Below are positions 1 through 13,279 of a stretch of DNA of 64,000 nucleotides, piece by piece. Position numbers and translations under genes: made by a program. The stretch's first letter is position 1. Every line of letters starts with the position of its first letter. The notes under the pieces are model-generated. The model ran no database searches. It had not been told where the DNA came from and saw nothing but the letters and a program-made list of their open reading frames with translations. This DNA is from Eutreptiella sp. 'Long Island Sound 2002' (taxonomy: Eukaryota; Protista; Euglenida), in NCBI GenBank assembly GCA_964036045.1, contig OZ038378.1, forward strand, positions 175,150,001-175,214,000, read 5' to 3'.

Positions 1-453
1 CTGTTCCCAATGCCAGTCATACGCCCACCACGAAACTGGCACCACCTCTCGCCATAATGCGCAGTGGAATCGCCCAGTCTGTGGGGTGAGCATTGTCTGC
101 ACCATCACCACCCTTGACAATGGAATCACCAGACTGCTTGCTAAAGGCGAAGGCACCACACTCGATGGAATCACCCTGGAACCCTCACCACCACAGGCTG
201 GTGAGGCCTTAAGATCACGTGACACTTGCCCCGATGCTGCTCCTCCGTCTCTTCATCAATGCCCACGCCCATGCGCATGACCATGTCCACGCCTACGCCC
301 ATGCCTGTGCCCATATTGCCAAAGGCACATTGATGCGCATGCCCATATCGGTCCACGTGTCCAGTGCATGTCAGACGCGTGCTCACACCTCACCTCCTAA
401 ACACGTCCTCCCCTGCCCTTTGGAAACCCCGCCTGCAACCCCGTGTTCTGCAG

Positions 454-2509
454 GGCATAGCCATGACCTGTGCAGGGCACGGCGTGTGCCTCGATGGAGT
501 TTTGGGCACCGGCGAGTGCGTGTGCATGCTCTCGTTTTCCTTCGGCTTCTGGGGGGGCCGTGCCTGCGAGAACTGCCTCAGCGGGTACTATGGCTCCGAC
601 TGCCGCCTCCCGTGCCCCACCAACACCGCATTTGAGGTCTGCTCCGCCCACGGCACCTGCCGCGACGGCCGCGCAGGCGACGGGACTTGTGCATGTGACC
701 CAAACTACGCGGGTCCGGCGTGCGCGACGGTCTGCCCCGTCGCGAATGGGGCGGTCTGCAACGGCGTCGGCACGTGCAACGACGGCGCTGCGGGCGACGG
801 GCGCTGCAGCTGCAGCGCCGCAGAGCGTGGGCGCTGGGCTGGCGACGCGTGCACTGCGTGCGCGTTCGGGTGGGTCGGGGTGTTCTGTGACCTGCCGTGT
901 CCCGTGGGGCCCGCGGACGCCCCGTGCGCCGGCCATGGCACGTGTGCGCCGAAGGCCAGAGTCGCCGTCTGCACATGCGTTGCGGGGTATGCGGGTGCCG
1001 CGTGCGCAACGGAGTGCCCGGGTGGTGCGATGGACCCGTGCTCCGGGCACGGGCGGTGCGTTGCCGCGACGGCAACGTGCTCCTGTGACAGTGCCTCGTC
1101 GAGTGGGTACTGGGGGGGTGCCAAGTGCGATGCATGCGCCCTGGGCTGGTCTGGCAAGGGCTGCAACATCCCGTGCCCGGTCAGTGCACGCGGCGTGCCG
1201 TGCTCTGGCGCGCGGTGCTGGCGTGGCACGTGCATTTGTGACGCCGGGGCGTGTGGAAGCAGCTGCAACGTCACCGGGAGCGCGTGCGACGCCCTCGTGT
1301 GCCCGACCGGGCTGTGGGGGCCGAACTGTGGCAACACGTGCCCGGGGGGAACCGGGAGCGTTTGCAGTGGCCACGGGATCTGCCATCGCAACGGGGCCTG
1401 CGAGTGTGTGAGCGGGTGGGCCGGGGAGGCCTGCAGAGAAGTCTGTCCCGGGGGCACTGCTGCGCCGTGTTCCGGCCACGGGGTCTGCGTTCAGGCGACC
1501 GCACTCTGCGAGTGCCAGGCGACGTACGCGACCGTGGCCTGCGCGGTGCAGTGCCCAGTCGTGGCGGGGGAGGCGTGCGCGGGCCACGGCGCGTGCCGCG
1601 ACGGCGCCGCCAGCGATGGCGCCTGCGTGTGCGACCCCGGCTACGCGACGACGTCGTGCAGTACCCTGTGCCCTGGGACCGTACGGCGCGGGAACGTGAC
1701 GGATGTCTGCAGCGGTCATGGGCTGTGCGACCCCGCGACTGCCGCGTGCGCGTGCGACACCGTGTCCGGCCAGTGGGCGGGGGCAGACTGTGGAGTGTGC
1801 GCCCCGGGCTGGTTCGGCGCCGACTGTGCGGAGGAGTGTGTGAATGGCCGCACGGAAGGCCGCACCTGTGTGTGCGACCCGAGCTACGGGCTGCCCAATT
1901 GCAGCGCCGCGTGCCCGGGCGCCGACCGGGACTGCAGTGGCCACGGCGTCTGCCTGGACGGGGCGGACCGCAACGGCACGTGCGCGTGCAATGCCACCTG
2001 GTTCACCTCCAACTGCTCCGTTGCGTGCGAACCGCACCTCTGTTTCGCGCCGGAGGTGTACCCGGTGCCGCACGCGCGCTGCAACCCGGCGACCGGGGCC
2101 TGCGAGTGCCAGGACGATGACGCCGGGCACTGGGGTGGGCCAAACTGCAATCGCTGCCGCGTCGGCTTCTGGGGACAGCAATGCGACCTGGTCTGCACGT
2201 GCTCGGGGCACGGCGCCTGCGGGTGGCTCGACGGTGTATGCGAATGCTTCGCCGACGACGAGGCAGGGCACTGGGCGGGCGACCGTTGCGAAACCTGCGC
2301 CGAAGGGTACCTCGTGCCGCTGTGCATTGCGCGGAACGTGCGCATTTCGCGGGCGGGTGACCTCACCGCGGTTGGGGAAGGCATCCGCTATGACGGCACG
2401 AGTATGGCCGTCGTGGACGAGGCCTACCGCCTTGTCTACACCGGCGGTCAACCGCTCCTGGTGTTCCACTCTGAAGATGGGTCGCCGGCTGCGCAGATGT
2501 CGCTCAACG
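454..2509 (+). CDS. Giant membrane protein, first visible exon: tandem EGF/laminin-EGF-like Cys repeats (5' part of gene outside window)
   Basis: Acceptor TTCTGCAG ends at 453; repeated CSGHG.C / C.C..G(W/Y).G..C motifs; GC3-rich codons; donor GTGTGT at 2510 (phase 1) matches the next exon. The exact 5' boundary is less certain. Confidence 0.9.
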
Positions 2510-3179
2510 GTGTGTGTGTTTGTGTACGCACGCGCGCGTGTACGTGCGTGCGTGCGTGCGTGTGCGTGTGCGTGCATCATCTGCCGCATGCATTCCACGC
2601 TGCCCAAGGTTACACAGTTCCGCTGCCACAACTCAAAAACACTGCTTTGTTCCGACTGTGACAGAAAGCCGCATAATCGCGCAGCGTTTGTTGCTTGCAG
2701 CCTGACGAAGAAAATCCACACTCAGACAACCTACCATTCCCCCTCTACCATTTTTGTCTTTTTCGATGGTGCTAAGGTGCCATCTCCGTGAAGCTCATGG
2801 CGGGCAGTACACACCGAACCATATCAGCTTTCGGGCCGACCAAGTTTCAGAATAACAGATATTTTTCTGATCTCTGTCTGAAATACCGAGTTGCCGTTCC
2901 CATGCATTGCATGGCAGGCAGCGTGTAGACACAAGCTCTTTCTCCATTGCGTGAGTCAAAGATCAGCAGAAATATCACTTATGTGCTTCCAAGTGAATCG
3001 CTTCCAGGCAGCACCTGGTGGATGGCTCCGTTACACAGGGGAAGTCTACCAGAGGCTCCGTCCATAATATTTCATACAATTCTGGCCTGTCACCAGAATT
3101 TCAACAAGAACACTCATTGATTTGTGTGTACTGGGACATTCATTTGTGTGTGCGTGGGGGGGGGGGGGGGTTGTGGACG

Positions 3180-3480
3180 GCCTGAGGACGGAGGTGTGTG
3201 GACAGTAAAAACAGTCAAACGACCCCCGCAACAACCAGCACAACCCCAATACACCAACTACTGGGCACCGCTAACGCGCAAACGGCACACCCTGCCACAT
3301 CCAGCACAGCCCCAGCACACCAACCACTGGGCTCCGCGAACGTGGAAACGACACCAGCAGGAGCACCGGCCGCAGCGGCCGACAGAAAGCAGCGACCGGA
3401 CACAACATGCGAAGGGAAGAACGGGTGACTGTCCAGGGCCCCGTAAAGAAACAACAACCAGACGGAATGTCACACAGGGG
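3180..3480. repeat. About 300-bp dispersed repeat family, copy 1
   Basis: Near-identical to 30964-31262 and 53778-54078 (GACAGTAAAAACAGTCAAACGACCCC...CGGAATGTCACACAGGGG). Confidence 0.9.
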
Positions 3481-3662
3481 GGCGGTGTATTTGAGGATAC
3501 TCCCGTGGCAACAAATCCAAACCAACCTGCCCAACCCTCCCGCTCCCCGGTAGTTCTCCAGATTCGGTGTGTGCAGCTGCTGCCCCGCTTCTCGTCATTC
3601 CGTCACAAGGCGCTGGGATTGTCTGCTCCTGGGTGATTGTGCCAAGCTGTCTTCGTCCGTTA

Positions 3663-3704
3663 GTGTGTGTGTGTGTGTGTGTGCGTCTGTGTGTGTGTGT
3701 GTGT

Positions 3705-3746
<42 letters not shown>
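3663..3746. repeat. (GT)n microsatellite
   Basis: Seen directly. Confidence 0.95.
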
Positions 3747-3747
<1 letters not shown>

Positions 3748-5970
3748 GGTGGGAGGGATCTGCCACTAGCAGCAGATGCCACTCTTCTGCTAATTTTGTC
3801 GTAAAATGTGAGAAGACACCACAAACCAATGCTTTTCACTGCCTGCACTGCGACCAATATTACACAGCGAGGCCTGCACAAGCAACGCAAAAAGCTGTTG
3901 CTATGTGCGAAGGGAGTGGGGGCCAGGGGGGCGCTTGGCACAATCACCCCAAGCTACCAGATTCTGCTTGCTAGTTTGTTGCATAGTACCGAAACCACAG
4001 CACCACACAGGAGACAACAACATTCTCTATGACCTGTAGGAATGGGTATGCAGCCCCCCAACACTTCAATGACGAAGTACGAACGAAATTTGGCAGACCA
4101 AAAAATGGGGCCCCAAGGGTTTGGGGAGTGGGTCCCTGAACACCCCCCCCCTTAAAAAAAAAACAATCCACGTGACGATGTTCATTTTGAAGTATGTGTC
4201 AGTGGAAGTTCTATTTTCATAAAATTTCCTTTGAAGCTGCTTTCAGCCAAATTTATTAGCCATCACTGGTGCTCAGAGTGCCATTTTCTAGCGCTGGATG
4301 TTTTGTAATTCCGCAATTTGTCGTCACATCCCACAACAGAGCCACCCACCCTAAGCCACCCACCCTAAGCCCGCCGTTTTTGAGCCGTATTTCAGGACGA
4401 TCGTCCTGACCGTGGAGGAACACCTCCAAAGCAAGCGGTTTTTCTTCCACGGTGATTTCCAATGCGTTAAGCAAGACTAGGACCCAGCTCGGTCGTAGTC
4501 GTAAGTCTTGATTACCTAGCTGGGTTTACCGGTTTTACAACCCCACCCCATGTCACATAGTGACGTCAATTATATCCATCCCTGGTCTGTGGAACAGCTG
4601 AGTGCCTACAATCTGGATTAGGGTAACTGCATTGCAAGATTTGTCTGTTTTGTTCAGTGTCTATCTATCTTTATGGCTCAGTAGTGAGCATGTGCACATG
4701 GGCGTGCTTAGTGGCTAAGAGGGAGTGCCGCTACGCTGGGTGCGTGCCAGGCATGCATGGGGGCATCTTTTTAGCATTAACGCTCCCAACTAGTGCCATC
4801 CTGGATGCTACCCATATCTTCCTACCTTGGGGATCCCAATTTGGCAAGGGTTATGCAGCCATATGTGTCCTCCCCACTATGGGGACCCTGATATGGCAGG
4901 GTTTATGTAGCCAGTGCAAGTCCTCCCCGCTTTGTGGACCTAATACAACAGGGGCTATGGAGCGCCTTTGATGCCTTCCCACCTTGGGGAGCCCAATGTG
5001 AACTCCAATTTTGCATGGGTTTGGTTGCCACTTCACTTGTTGTCCTGGCAACAATGGTATTATGATGTGCCTGGGTGGTACAGGGCATAGGGGGCGCACT
5101 TAGCGCAGTGCGCGCGCAGTGCAAGGATGCCCCCATACATTGAGCAGCTTTTTGCTTATTTGTGGCACTGGGGTTTGGTTGGCAGTTTCTGGTCTGGCAG
5201 TGTGAGTGATTTGCATCAGTCAATGCGCATTTCATTGTACTTGATACAATTTTGCATCTGAGGCAATATTTATGTACCATATGTATTTACATTTATGTAC
5301 CATCGGAAAAGGTTCCCCTTCATTTGTGGACCACTGCTGATGCAACAAATACAGCTGCCACACAAGATGATAGTGCGGATGAGATTAATGTGTGCGCCTT
5401 GTGCTTTCCAAAGCACACCACCACACTTTGTGGTGAATGTAAAGAAACTTATTGTGTTGAATGTATCTACTTTGGGGCCCGTGTCCAGGATTTACCCAAC
5501 CCAAGGGAAGCCCCGAGGCACACCAGGCCATTGCCTCCATACCAGCCAAATCAACCCCAGCACCATACCTGCAGAGCACACAGCACATCACCAAATCTGC
5601 CAATCCAAGATTGTGCTTCAAAAGCAATTTGTCCCTGCAAGTGTGTGTGTCAATACCGCCCCCTAGCTCCCCCTAGCACTGCAGCTAGGGGCTCTGGGGT
5701 GGCCACACAGGGCACCAATCAGGTGGCGATTTGAAACACACAGAACTGCGAACAACTCCTCTACAGTATGCAGTATGCAGCCGTAAGTCCATGCAGCACA
5801 GGCTATGCTCTCGCTTTCTTCCACAAGCGTGTTCAAGAGCTTATCTGGCACATATACACGTTGCTCTCAGCATTGCATTGAGAACGTTCACTTGGCATGT
5901 GTGTGTATTATGTCGTGTGCACACCTGTGACCCTACACTGGTACTGACACGTTCGCATTTGGATGCTCAG

Positions 5971-6368
5971 GCATCATCCGCGGCGGCTTCTCCGGGACGG
6001 ACTTTGTTGCGTTGATGGTGGAGGACACCATTACGCAGGAGCGGGAGATCGTGCACCTGGGCCGTGGTCTCCCCCTGGTCGTGAAGAAGCGGCGTACCAA
6101 AACAGCGCGCACCGTGGCGCCGCAGGCGGCCCCGCCGGTCGTACGTTTCTCCGAATTGTTCGGGCTCGGAGAAGTGACGTATTCGGTAGTGCTCACGGAT
6201 CAGGAGCTCCGCATCACAGTGCAGGGGCGCGACCTGACGATCTTGGCCGTGCAGGCATGGGGAGCTGCAGAGCTGGCGCTGGACGTCGTGCGGGCAGGGA
6301 AGCTGTGGGAGCACCCGACACTGGGGACGCTGCTGGTCTTGGTTGGCGCTTGGAGAGGCTCTTGGCAG
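5971..6368 (+). CDS. Giant membrane protein exon 2
   Basis: CTCAG acceptor; phase 1 join reads LNG-IIRGGFSGTDF; donor GTGTCG at 6369. Confidence 0.85.
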
Positions 6369-7536
6369 GTGTCGCGCGCGCGCGTGCTAGTGACAGGCCC
6401 TGTGCGCACGACTCTCAGTGCCCATTCATGTTGTTGTTTCTTGGCACAAATGCATCGGTGCACCGCACTTCACTCCACAGCACCATTCACTTTACGGCCT
6501 TCTGGTACAGCATTCACAAGGTGCTTTCTATTGTTGCTGTGCTTGTGACTCGTGTTTGCGTGCACGCGCGCGTGTGTGTGCAGTCCTGCTGCTGCTACCC
6601 GCATGTGGGCGCTCGTGGTTGAAAGCCCTGAGCACGCAGATATCGTGTGATTGTGGCTTTTCCTCCCTTCCCATGTACACGATCCTCGCTGTCTCTGTTC
6701 CAAGGAGGCGTGCTGTGTGCACGGATCTGACGAGAAGGAGATGCCTGACGCTGTGCTGTGCCGCTCTCATTGTGTGACTGTGAGAGTGTGCCTGGGTGCG
6801 TCCTTCATGCAGGAAGGCGCCTCGAGGCATGGGGGGCGCTGTTTGTTTGACGGTCACCTGATGAGATCTGTACACTCAGCCTGAATTTTGACCAGTGCCC
6901 GTTTGTCACGTCCATTGTGTGCCTGTGTGTATGTGTGCGTCTGCATGTATCCAGGGGTGTCGATGCCAGTGCTGCACGCAGGTAGGCACATGCTGCACGT
7001 CTTCTTTGCTGTCCTTGTCTTGTCCTCCGTGCACAAAGCCGCCTAGCCTCACACACGCGGTCACATCGTTGTTATAGAAGCAGTTTTGGCAGCGGGCACG
7101 ACCCCGTACATGCACGCGCACACGGGAGCAGGACCGGCCCTCTTTGGAGTGGGAACCCAGCGTGGGCCTGACTGTCAGACTGAATCTGCACACTCCCAGT
7201 CCTGACACAGACCGAAAGGCCATTGTCGGTTCATGAGTTTCTCAAGGCAGTGCATCTGAAGAGGGCATCGCAGCGCACGCGTACATTCGACGTTTGCGTT
7301 TGCTTGTCTGTCGCGCTCACATTTCGTCATGTGGTCTGTGTCTGTGTGTGTGCGTGTGCGTGTGTCTGTCCGTCTTGACCAGGGCAGATCAGGTTCTGTC
7401 TGCCTGATCAAGACTGTGGGTCTTGTACGTGTGTGTGAGTCTTCGTCCGTGCTTGGGCTTTTGCAGTGTGCACCTCTCCAACACAAACCCCCGGACCCCG
7501 TAGTCAGCCCCCAAGCCTTTGCCCCGCGGTCTCAAG

Positions 7537-7806
7537 GTGATCACTGTGACCACCCCCCCCGGCGGGCAGCTGGACCATTTCGCGGGCGCCATCCCAATCG
7601 CCGCCTGCAGTCCCGGGTGCCTCGCAGCCGGTAACATGGTGATGCAGGACCACACACTCCTGCTGGCCTTGGAGACGCCCATGGGGCTGCTGCTCGCGAA
7701 GCTGCTGGTGTGGGGCGTCGCGGATGCTACGGTGATGCAGACGGAGCCACTGGACTGGCTGGGGTCCGGTAAGACCACCGGCATGTCCCTCGATCCGCTG
7801 CTGCAG
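7537..7806 (+). CDS. Giant membrane protein exon 3
   Basis: CAAG acceptor, phase 0, VITVTTPPGG...DPLLQ; donor GTGCTG at 7807. Confidence 0.8.
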
Positions 7807-8255
7807 GTGCTGACTGCTTGTCTTGGTGCTGTCGAGTGCGGGGCGGATGCGTGGCAGGGGCGTATCGTGTGCATGTCACGTGTATCCGGTGCGCGTCGGG
7901 TGCGTGTCGGGTGCACCCTGTCTGCCCAGACGCATGCTGCAGTGCACGCCATGTTCAGCTGCATGCTGCCGTGTGTGTGCGCTTCATGTGTGGACCATCA
8001 CTCCAAGCAAAGGGCAGGCGCCGTTCTGCCTCGGACTGGCACGGCCCATGTTCGTCCTCTTGGACCAGCCCCTGTCCACCTTCAGCGCGCTCCTCGGTCA
8101 GTCTTGACCCGTCTGTGGACCGGCTGACAAGAGTTCTGACCAGTCGCTAGACCTCTTGTACGGTCAGGGACTTGGCTGTGGCCAGACAGCGGTCTTTCAG
8201 TACTCGGCAACCCGTAGGGCCCTCCCTATGATACGTGACCTCCGCCCCTCCCCCC

Positions 8256-9066
8256 CAGGGCGTTGCTTGAATTTTCATTCCAGCAGGGGGGGGGGACCCC
8301 TCCCCCCTGGATCCCCTCCCCCCTCCGCTCTAATTCACCTGAGAATCAGGGTTCTGGGAACGTTTTTTCGTTTGGCCAATTTTTTCCTCCTGCGCCTTCA
8401 GCGCACCTTTAGCAGGGTTCTTTGGTCACTCCACTGTATCTTTTCTTCCCTCTGTTGCAGACACCATGTCCCAGCGTCCCATAAGTGCATTCTTCAGCAC
8501 CCCGGTCCAACAGTGTCCCCGCGCAAAATGTGACAGCGTTGTCAACGCAATCCTTTATTTTTGCTTCCAAGATAGATGGACTGGGAAGAAAAGGCAAGAG
8601 GCATACAATGTTGCACAGAAAGCATGTTCCACACTTTTTTCTGAACACTCCATGATGTGTCCGCCCCAAGCAGTGACTTGTCATCCAACTCAGATTCTTC
8701 TTTTGGTTCCTCGTCCAGTTCAAAAGATGATGACATTGGTGAGCCCAGCTCAGGTGAGTCCAAATCTGATTGATCTTCGGCAAACAATTTGATAACAATG
8801 AGCATTCCACTGTGTTTCCTATTTGTGTTGCCTGGTGGTGTTTAGGTGAGGGCACAATGCATGGACCCAAAAAGATGATTTGAGTGCCTGTGTTCACACA
8901 TTATAACAAATGTATATGCTGAATGGGTCAATGTGGTGCATTTTTGCAATACCTGGTCGATATGGTTCATTCCGGCAGGTGGTGGGGGGGGGCTCCCCCC
9001 CTAGACCCCCTCCCTCCCTCCCCTGGGCCCCCTCCCCCCTCCCCCCTCCGCTCAAGCAATGCCCTG
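8256..9066. mobile_element. About 811-bp non-autonomous hAT-like element
   Basis: TIR CAGGGCGTTGCTTGA / TCAAGCAATGCCCTG (14/15); flanked by the direct repeat CCCCTCCCCCC at 8245-8255 and 9067-9077; short internal ORF 8466-8792. Confidence 0.7.
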
Positions 9067-10331
9067 CCCCTCCCCCCCCTCTTGCCCGCGTTCTGGTCTG
9101 GTGTGCACTGCTGTGCATGTGTGTCTGAGAAGCGCACGTTCAGACGTTGGCGGCAGAGGCGACAGCGGGAGGGTACGCTGAAGGAACAGGCGGAGGGTGA
9201 GAAATAGCAGCAGCAACAAACGAGAGGTGGAAGCAACAGTCGTCAGGCAGAGCTCTGACAGAAAAACAGACGTGTATCCAACCAAGTAAGAGATACAGGG
9301 TCGTGCAAGGGACAGTGCAGACCCACCCCCGCCGCTTAGACGGCCCAAATCGATGGTTAAAAACAGGCCAAAAAATAGAAAATCTTGACCAAAACGCAAA
9401 GAAACGAAACAGGGTGTTTTCAGCTGTTTTTTCGGACGTAAAAAGTGGAATCGAAAAAAACATGATATATGCACATATCCGTAACAGATATGAAAAATCC
9501 CGAATAAGTAATACTGGAAAGAAGCACTGTGATATCAAAGAGGTAGAACAAAGCTTGGGAACCTGTGTACTTGTGGAAAAGATGTGCATGGATGTCGGCA
9601 CTTTTATAAGGACACTTACATACAAAGATAACTGATGTTTTTCAGTAGTACAAAAATGTAGAAAGAACTTTTTAATGTCCCTTCGGCGAACCAAAGAGAA
9701 ATTTCGCATGGGAAATTGTACAGGCAGCATAATAGTAATGGAGTAGTACAATTGCATGTCAAAATTGGAATTTCCATTCGAAATTTAGAATGGAAAGCGT
9801 GGACACAATGGGTCAATGTAAATGATATGTTTATGTTACATCGCATGAAACATGAACTCTCCGCATTAGCAAAATCGATTGCCACAGAGACCATAGAGAT
9901 AATATTCCATTCGAAATTTCGAATGGAAATTGTCGTAGTAGGAATAGGACAGTGCAGAGGAATTTTCATGATAAATGAAATTTCCATTCGAAATTTCGAA
10001 TGTAAAAAAGAAAATGATATACATTCCGTTGATGAAAGACAAATATAGATAATTTAGATATTCCATTCGAAATTTTGAATGGAAATTTTATCATCTGGAT
10101 TCAATTGGATAGCACGTTTGTATTGAATTGGATTACCTTTCTAAAACTCCTAAAATCGAAAATATTCCATTCGAAATTTCGAATGGAATATTCGAAATGT
10201 CCACAATGTTGTGTTGATGTAGGGTGAATTGTCGGTCGTACTCTCGTTTACAGGTGGATATTCAGACTTGATGTTGCTTTTTCAATATTGTGCCTACTAG
10301 TCTTCTGTACCAGTTTTTCTTTCTTTGTTTC

Positions 10332-12554
10332 ATGACCCGTGGCACACCGGAGTCATCTTTGCATGCCTCTGAAGTACGCAAAATGCTTCGGTGCAGGCAT
10401 TTCAGTGACGGGAAGCAAATTCTCAGAGACGCAGATGCCGGTGGTATCAGTCTGCCCTTTGTCGAATTCTGCCTTGCGCTGCGTGCAGATTACAGGACAC
10501 GGAACCCCTAGACAATGGTGCAAGTAAAGCGAGGTCTAACCGGTGAGTGTCCACGATGGCTGAACACATTTTCGAAGACAATGTTTATGATTTGGCGATG
10601 CTTTCACGTCCGCTCATTGCCGCGCGCGAAGCGTACAACACAGACTTCACTGGCAAAAAGCAGGGCGGCAAGAAGGGTTCTGTCATCTGCTGGAATGGCA
10701 CAGAGCCATCTGCCTTCATTGGAAAAACGGGCTGAGGACATGACACTGCAAAGATGGGAGGAGCTGGGACACACACAGCATGCGATGTGGGCAGACAATA
10801 TGTTTTCTCGCCACTTCCTGACGAACCCTATGAGAAGCAATGTCAGCGCAGACCTATCAGTAATCATGGTTGTGCCTACCAGAAGACGGTTGCCAGTCTT
10901 CGTAGGACATAAGCATATTGCGGATGTGCGATTATCGGTGAACAGTACCGCTACACTGGTGCAGCAATCTATCCCAAACCTGTTGCAGGGCATTCGCTTC
11001 ACGTTGCGCAACATTAAACGAGAGTTTTTGCGTATTCCTTTAGACATTGTGCGCCCAGTTCTTAAACCTCTACGGTGGAAGCCACTGGCTGTATCGGAAA
11101 GCAAGCCTGGAACACATGCTGAGCTTTTTCAGTTGCTCACGGATATGCGGAAGATTCAGCAGCGCACGGGACACACAATGCCGCTATTGGTAGACATTAA
11201 AATATACGGGTACATAATGCGCTTTCTCTATGGTCGAGACTATGATACATGCAATGTTCGCTTCTGGCTGAAGGATGTCCCCCTTCTCTATGGTGCTTGG
11301 CATCCATACAAGTACACTCTGACACTAATTTGGAGAAATTTTTTTCCGATAATAAGTCAATTGCTCAGTTCAGTTCCCCACATGACAGAAGATGTTCCCG
11401 CTAACCGTGGTGTTCAGTACATGGAAAAAGTGATGGGGGGTTGTGTTCTGGTGTGGCCAAGGGTGAAGGACATACTGACCGAAATGTTAAAAGCATTGGA
11501 AAAGATGCGGAGGCCTTTGTCTGTCAGCAATGCCGCAACACTGCATAATATTCGCGGTTTGGTTAGGCTATTGAGTCGGTATGCACCTGCAATCTTCATC
11601 ATTGGCAACACTCTTAGAAAATGGAATTGGGAGGGTAGGGATTTGGAGACCGGTCACCATGCACATTCTGTCCTGCAGTATAGTCTCGCCGTACTCGTCA
11701 GTTTATGTGGTACAGAGTCAACAAAGGTTGAATACGTGCAAAGCATTTCCCTTGCACTGCTCTGTTCCCCAAAATGGAACTGGAGGTGCCCAGGAGTCCT
11801 ACACGTCGAGGAGCCATGTGAAGCTAGGTTGAGTGCATACGCACGCAGCATGCACAACAATCCACAAGTGAATGACCTCACAGGTCTGAACAACCTATTC
11901 ATTACCCTCCCTTTACCCAAAGAGGTTAGCACACATGCTCGTGAGATTCTGCCTGAACGATTCATAGATTTCCTGCTCACCAACGTTAAGCGATTCTACA
12001 GAACTGCAGGTTCCCAGGATCAGTTCTTTGTTGAGTGGCACTCAGGGAAGACGGTGACCCCAAAACCCCAGTGGGACTGTGATTGGCGATCACCCCCGTG
12101 CATCACAGCAAACAAAGAGATGTATGTTCAGTGTCTACGACACTCGGTGAAGCTAATCGTTGCCAGCACAGCCTCCCGTTTGTCTGTCGGTACATTGACG
12201 CACGCTGGTGTTCCCCGCACGACAACACGAGAGGTCGACAGGTATCATTACCAATTGGGACAAATACTAAGACGTGTGGGCCCAATTCGGTGTGTCATAC
12301 CTCCAGCGCGGGTTGTACCATACGTTGCACGGCACAGGAGACAGTTACCAGAAGCACCTGCTGCACTTGATCCACCTGATCGACCACAACACAAAGAACC
12401 ACATGCACTAGGCAGACCTGACCCCTCCATTTACGATCCCCTGCCTTCGGACGATGAGGAAGAGCCGATGACCGCACATGACGATCTACCTGTTATGGCA
12501 GAAGCAGAACCCCTGCCCCTTGAGATGGACGATGCCTTGGAGACTGCAAGTTGA
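10332..12554 (+). CDS. Academ/DUF6589-like DDE transposase; one in-frame TAG at 10509-10511 upstream of the intact 679-aa ORF 10515-12554
   Basis: Motifs WADN (D94), LLVDIKIY (D227), LLYGAWH (H263), KVEYVQS and HVEEPCE resemble my recollection of Academ/DUF6589 DN...DqxxY...lGxfH...E motifs; the upstream ORF 10290-10511 is in the same frame. Confidence 0.7.
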
Positions 12555-13279
12555 TTTGGACTCAGATCACACTTTTCTGATTGGCTTTTCGTGCAACGGT
12601 ACCATTGTATGCGGGCCAAGCGAAATTTCGAATGGACAGAGATGTTTGCCTGTTTACGCCTTGCGCACGTGCTGTACGACGTAAACTTGCACAATACAGC
12701 TAAGCATGCTATCTACAGAGAAACACAGGGTGATTGCTGACGAAGGTGCGTGTCACTGAAGGCAACACAATTCGAATGTTGAGTAACAGATTTTCCGGCT
12801 CCTACCTAAATACTTTTCATAATTTAAAATCGGACTTTGATGTTTGCTTGCTGTGCCTCTGCGTGCTACACTTGTGTATGTGAAGTACCCTGGTTCGAAT
12901 ATTGGCAATCAGAGTTGCAGAAATTCCATTCGAAATTTCGAATGGGAAATTCCAATAATGTCCGAAATCGCGAAGCGCTATATACACACGTGCACTGTGC
13001 TTCATAAACTCGTCTACTCGAATGTGTGTGCGATCCGATAAGACCAATCGGAACGGAAGGTGTTCCATTCGAAATTTCGAATGGAAAAAGTCCGAGAAAC
13101 AACGAAACTTCAGGTAACGTGTCAATAGGTAATTCTGCTGATGGTCCATGGCATTCGAATTCTTTCCGTGGCATTCATACATATTGCGATCATACAAAAC
13201 AAGTACCCTTTGGTTCCCGGTCTCAATATTTTCAATTTTTCTTGTTTTTTGTATCTGCGGGACAGTGTTTCGTTGTCTG

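Noticed and set aside
397-2721. 774-aa minus-strand ORF and other long overlapping ORFs
   Set aside because: Antisense and off-frame shadows of the GC-rich EGF exon; Ala/Arg-rich with no domain signal
3800-3910. AFHCLHCDQYYT, possible BED zinc finger
   Set aside because: The second pair of ligands is not evident; too short to support
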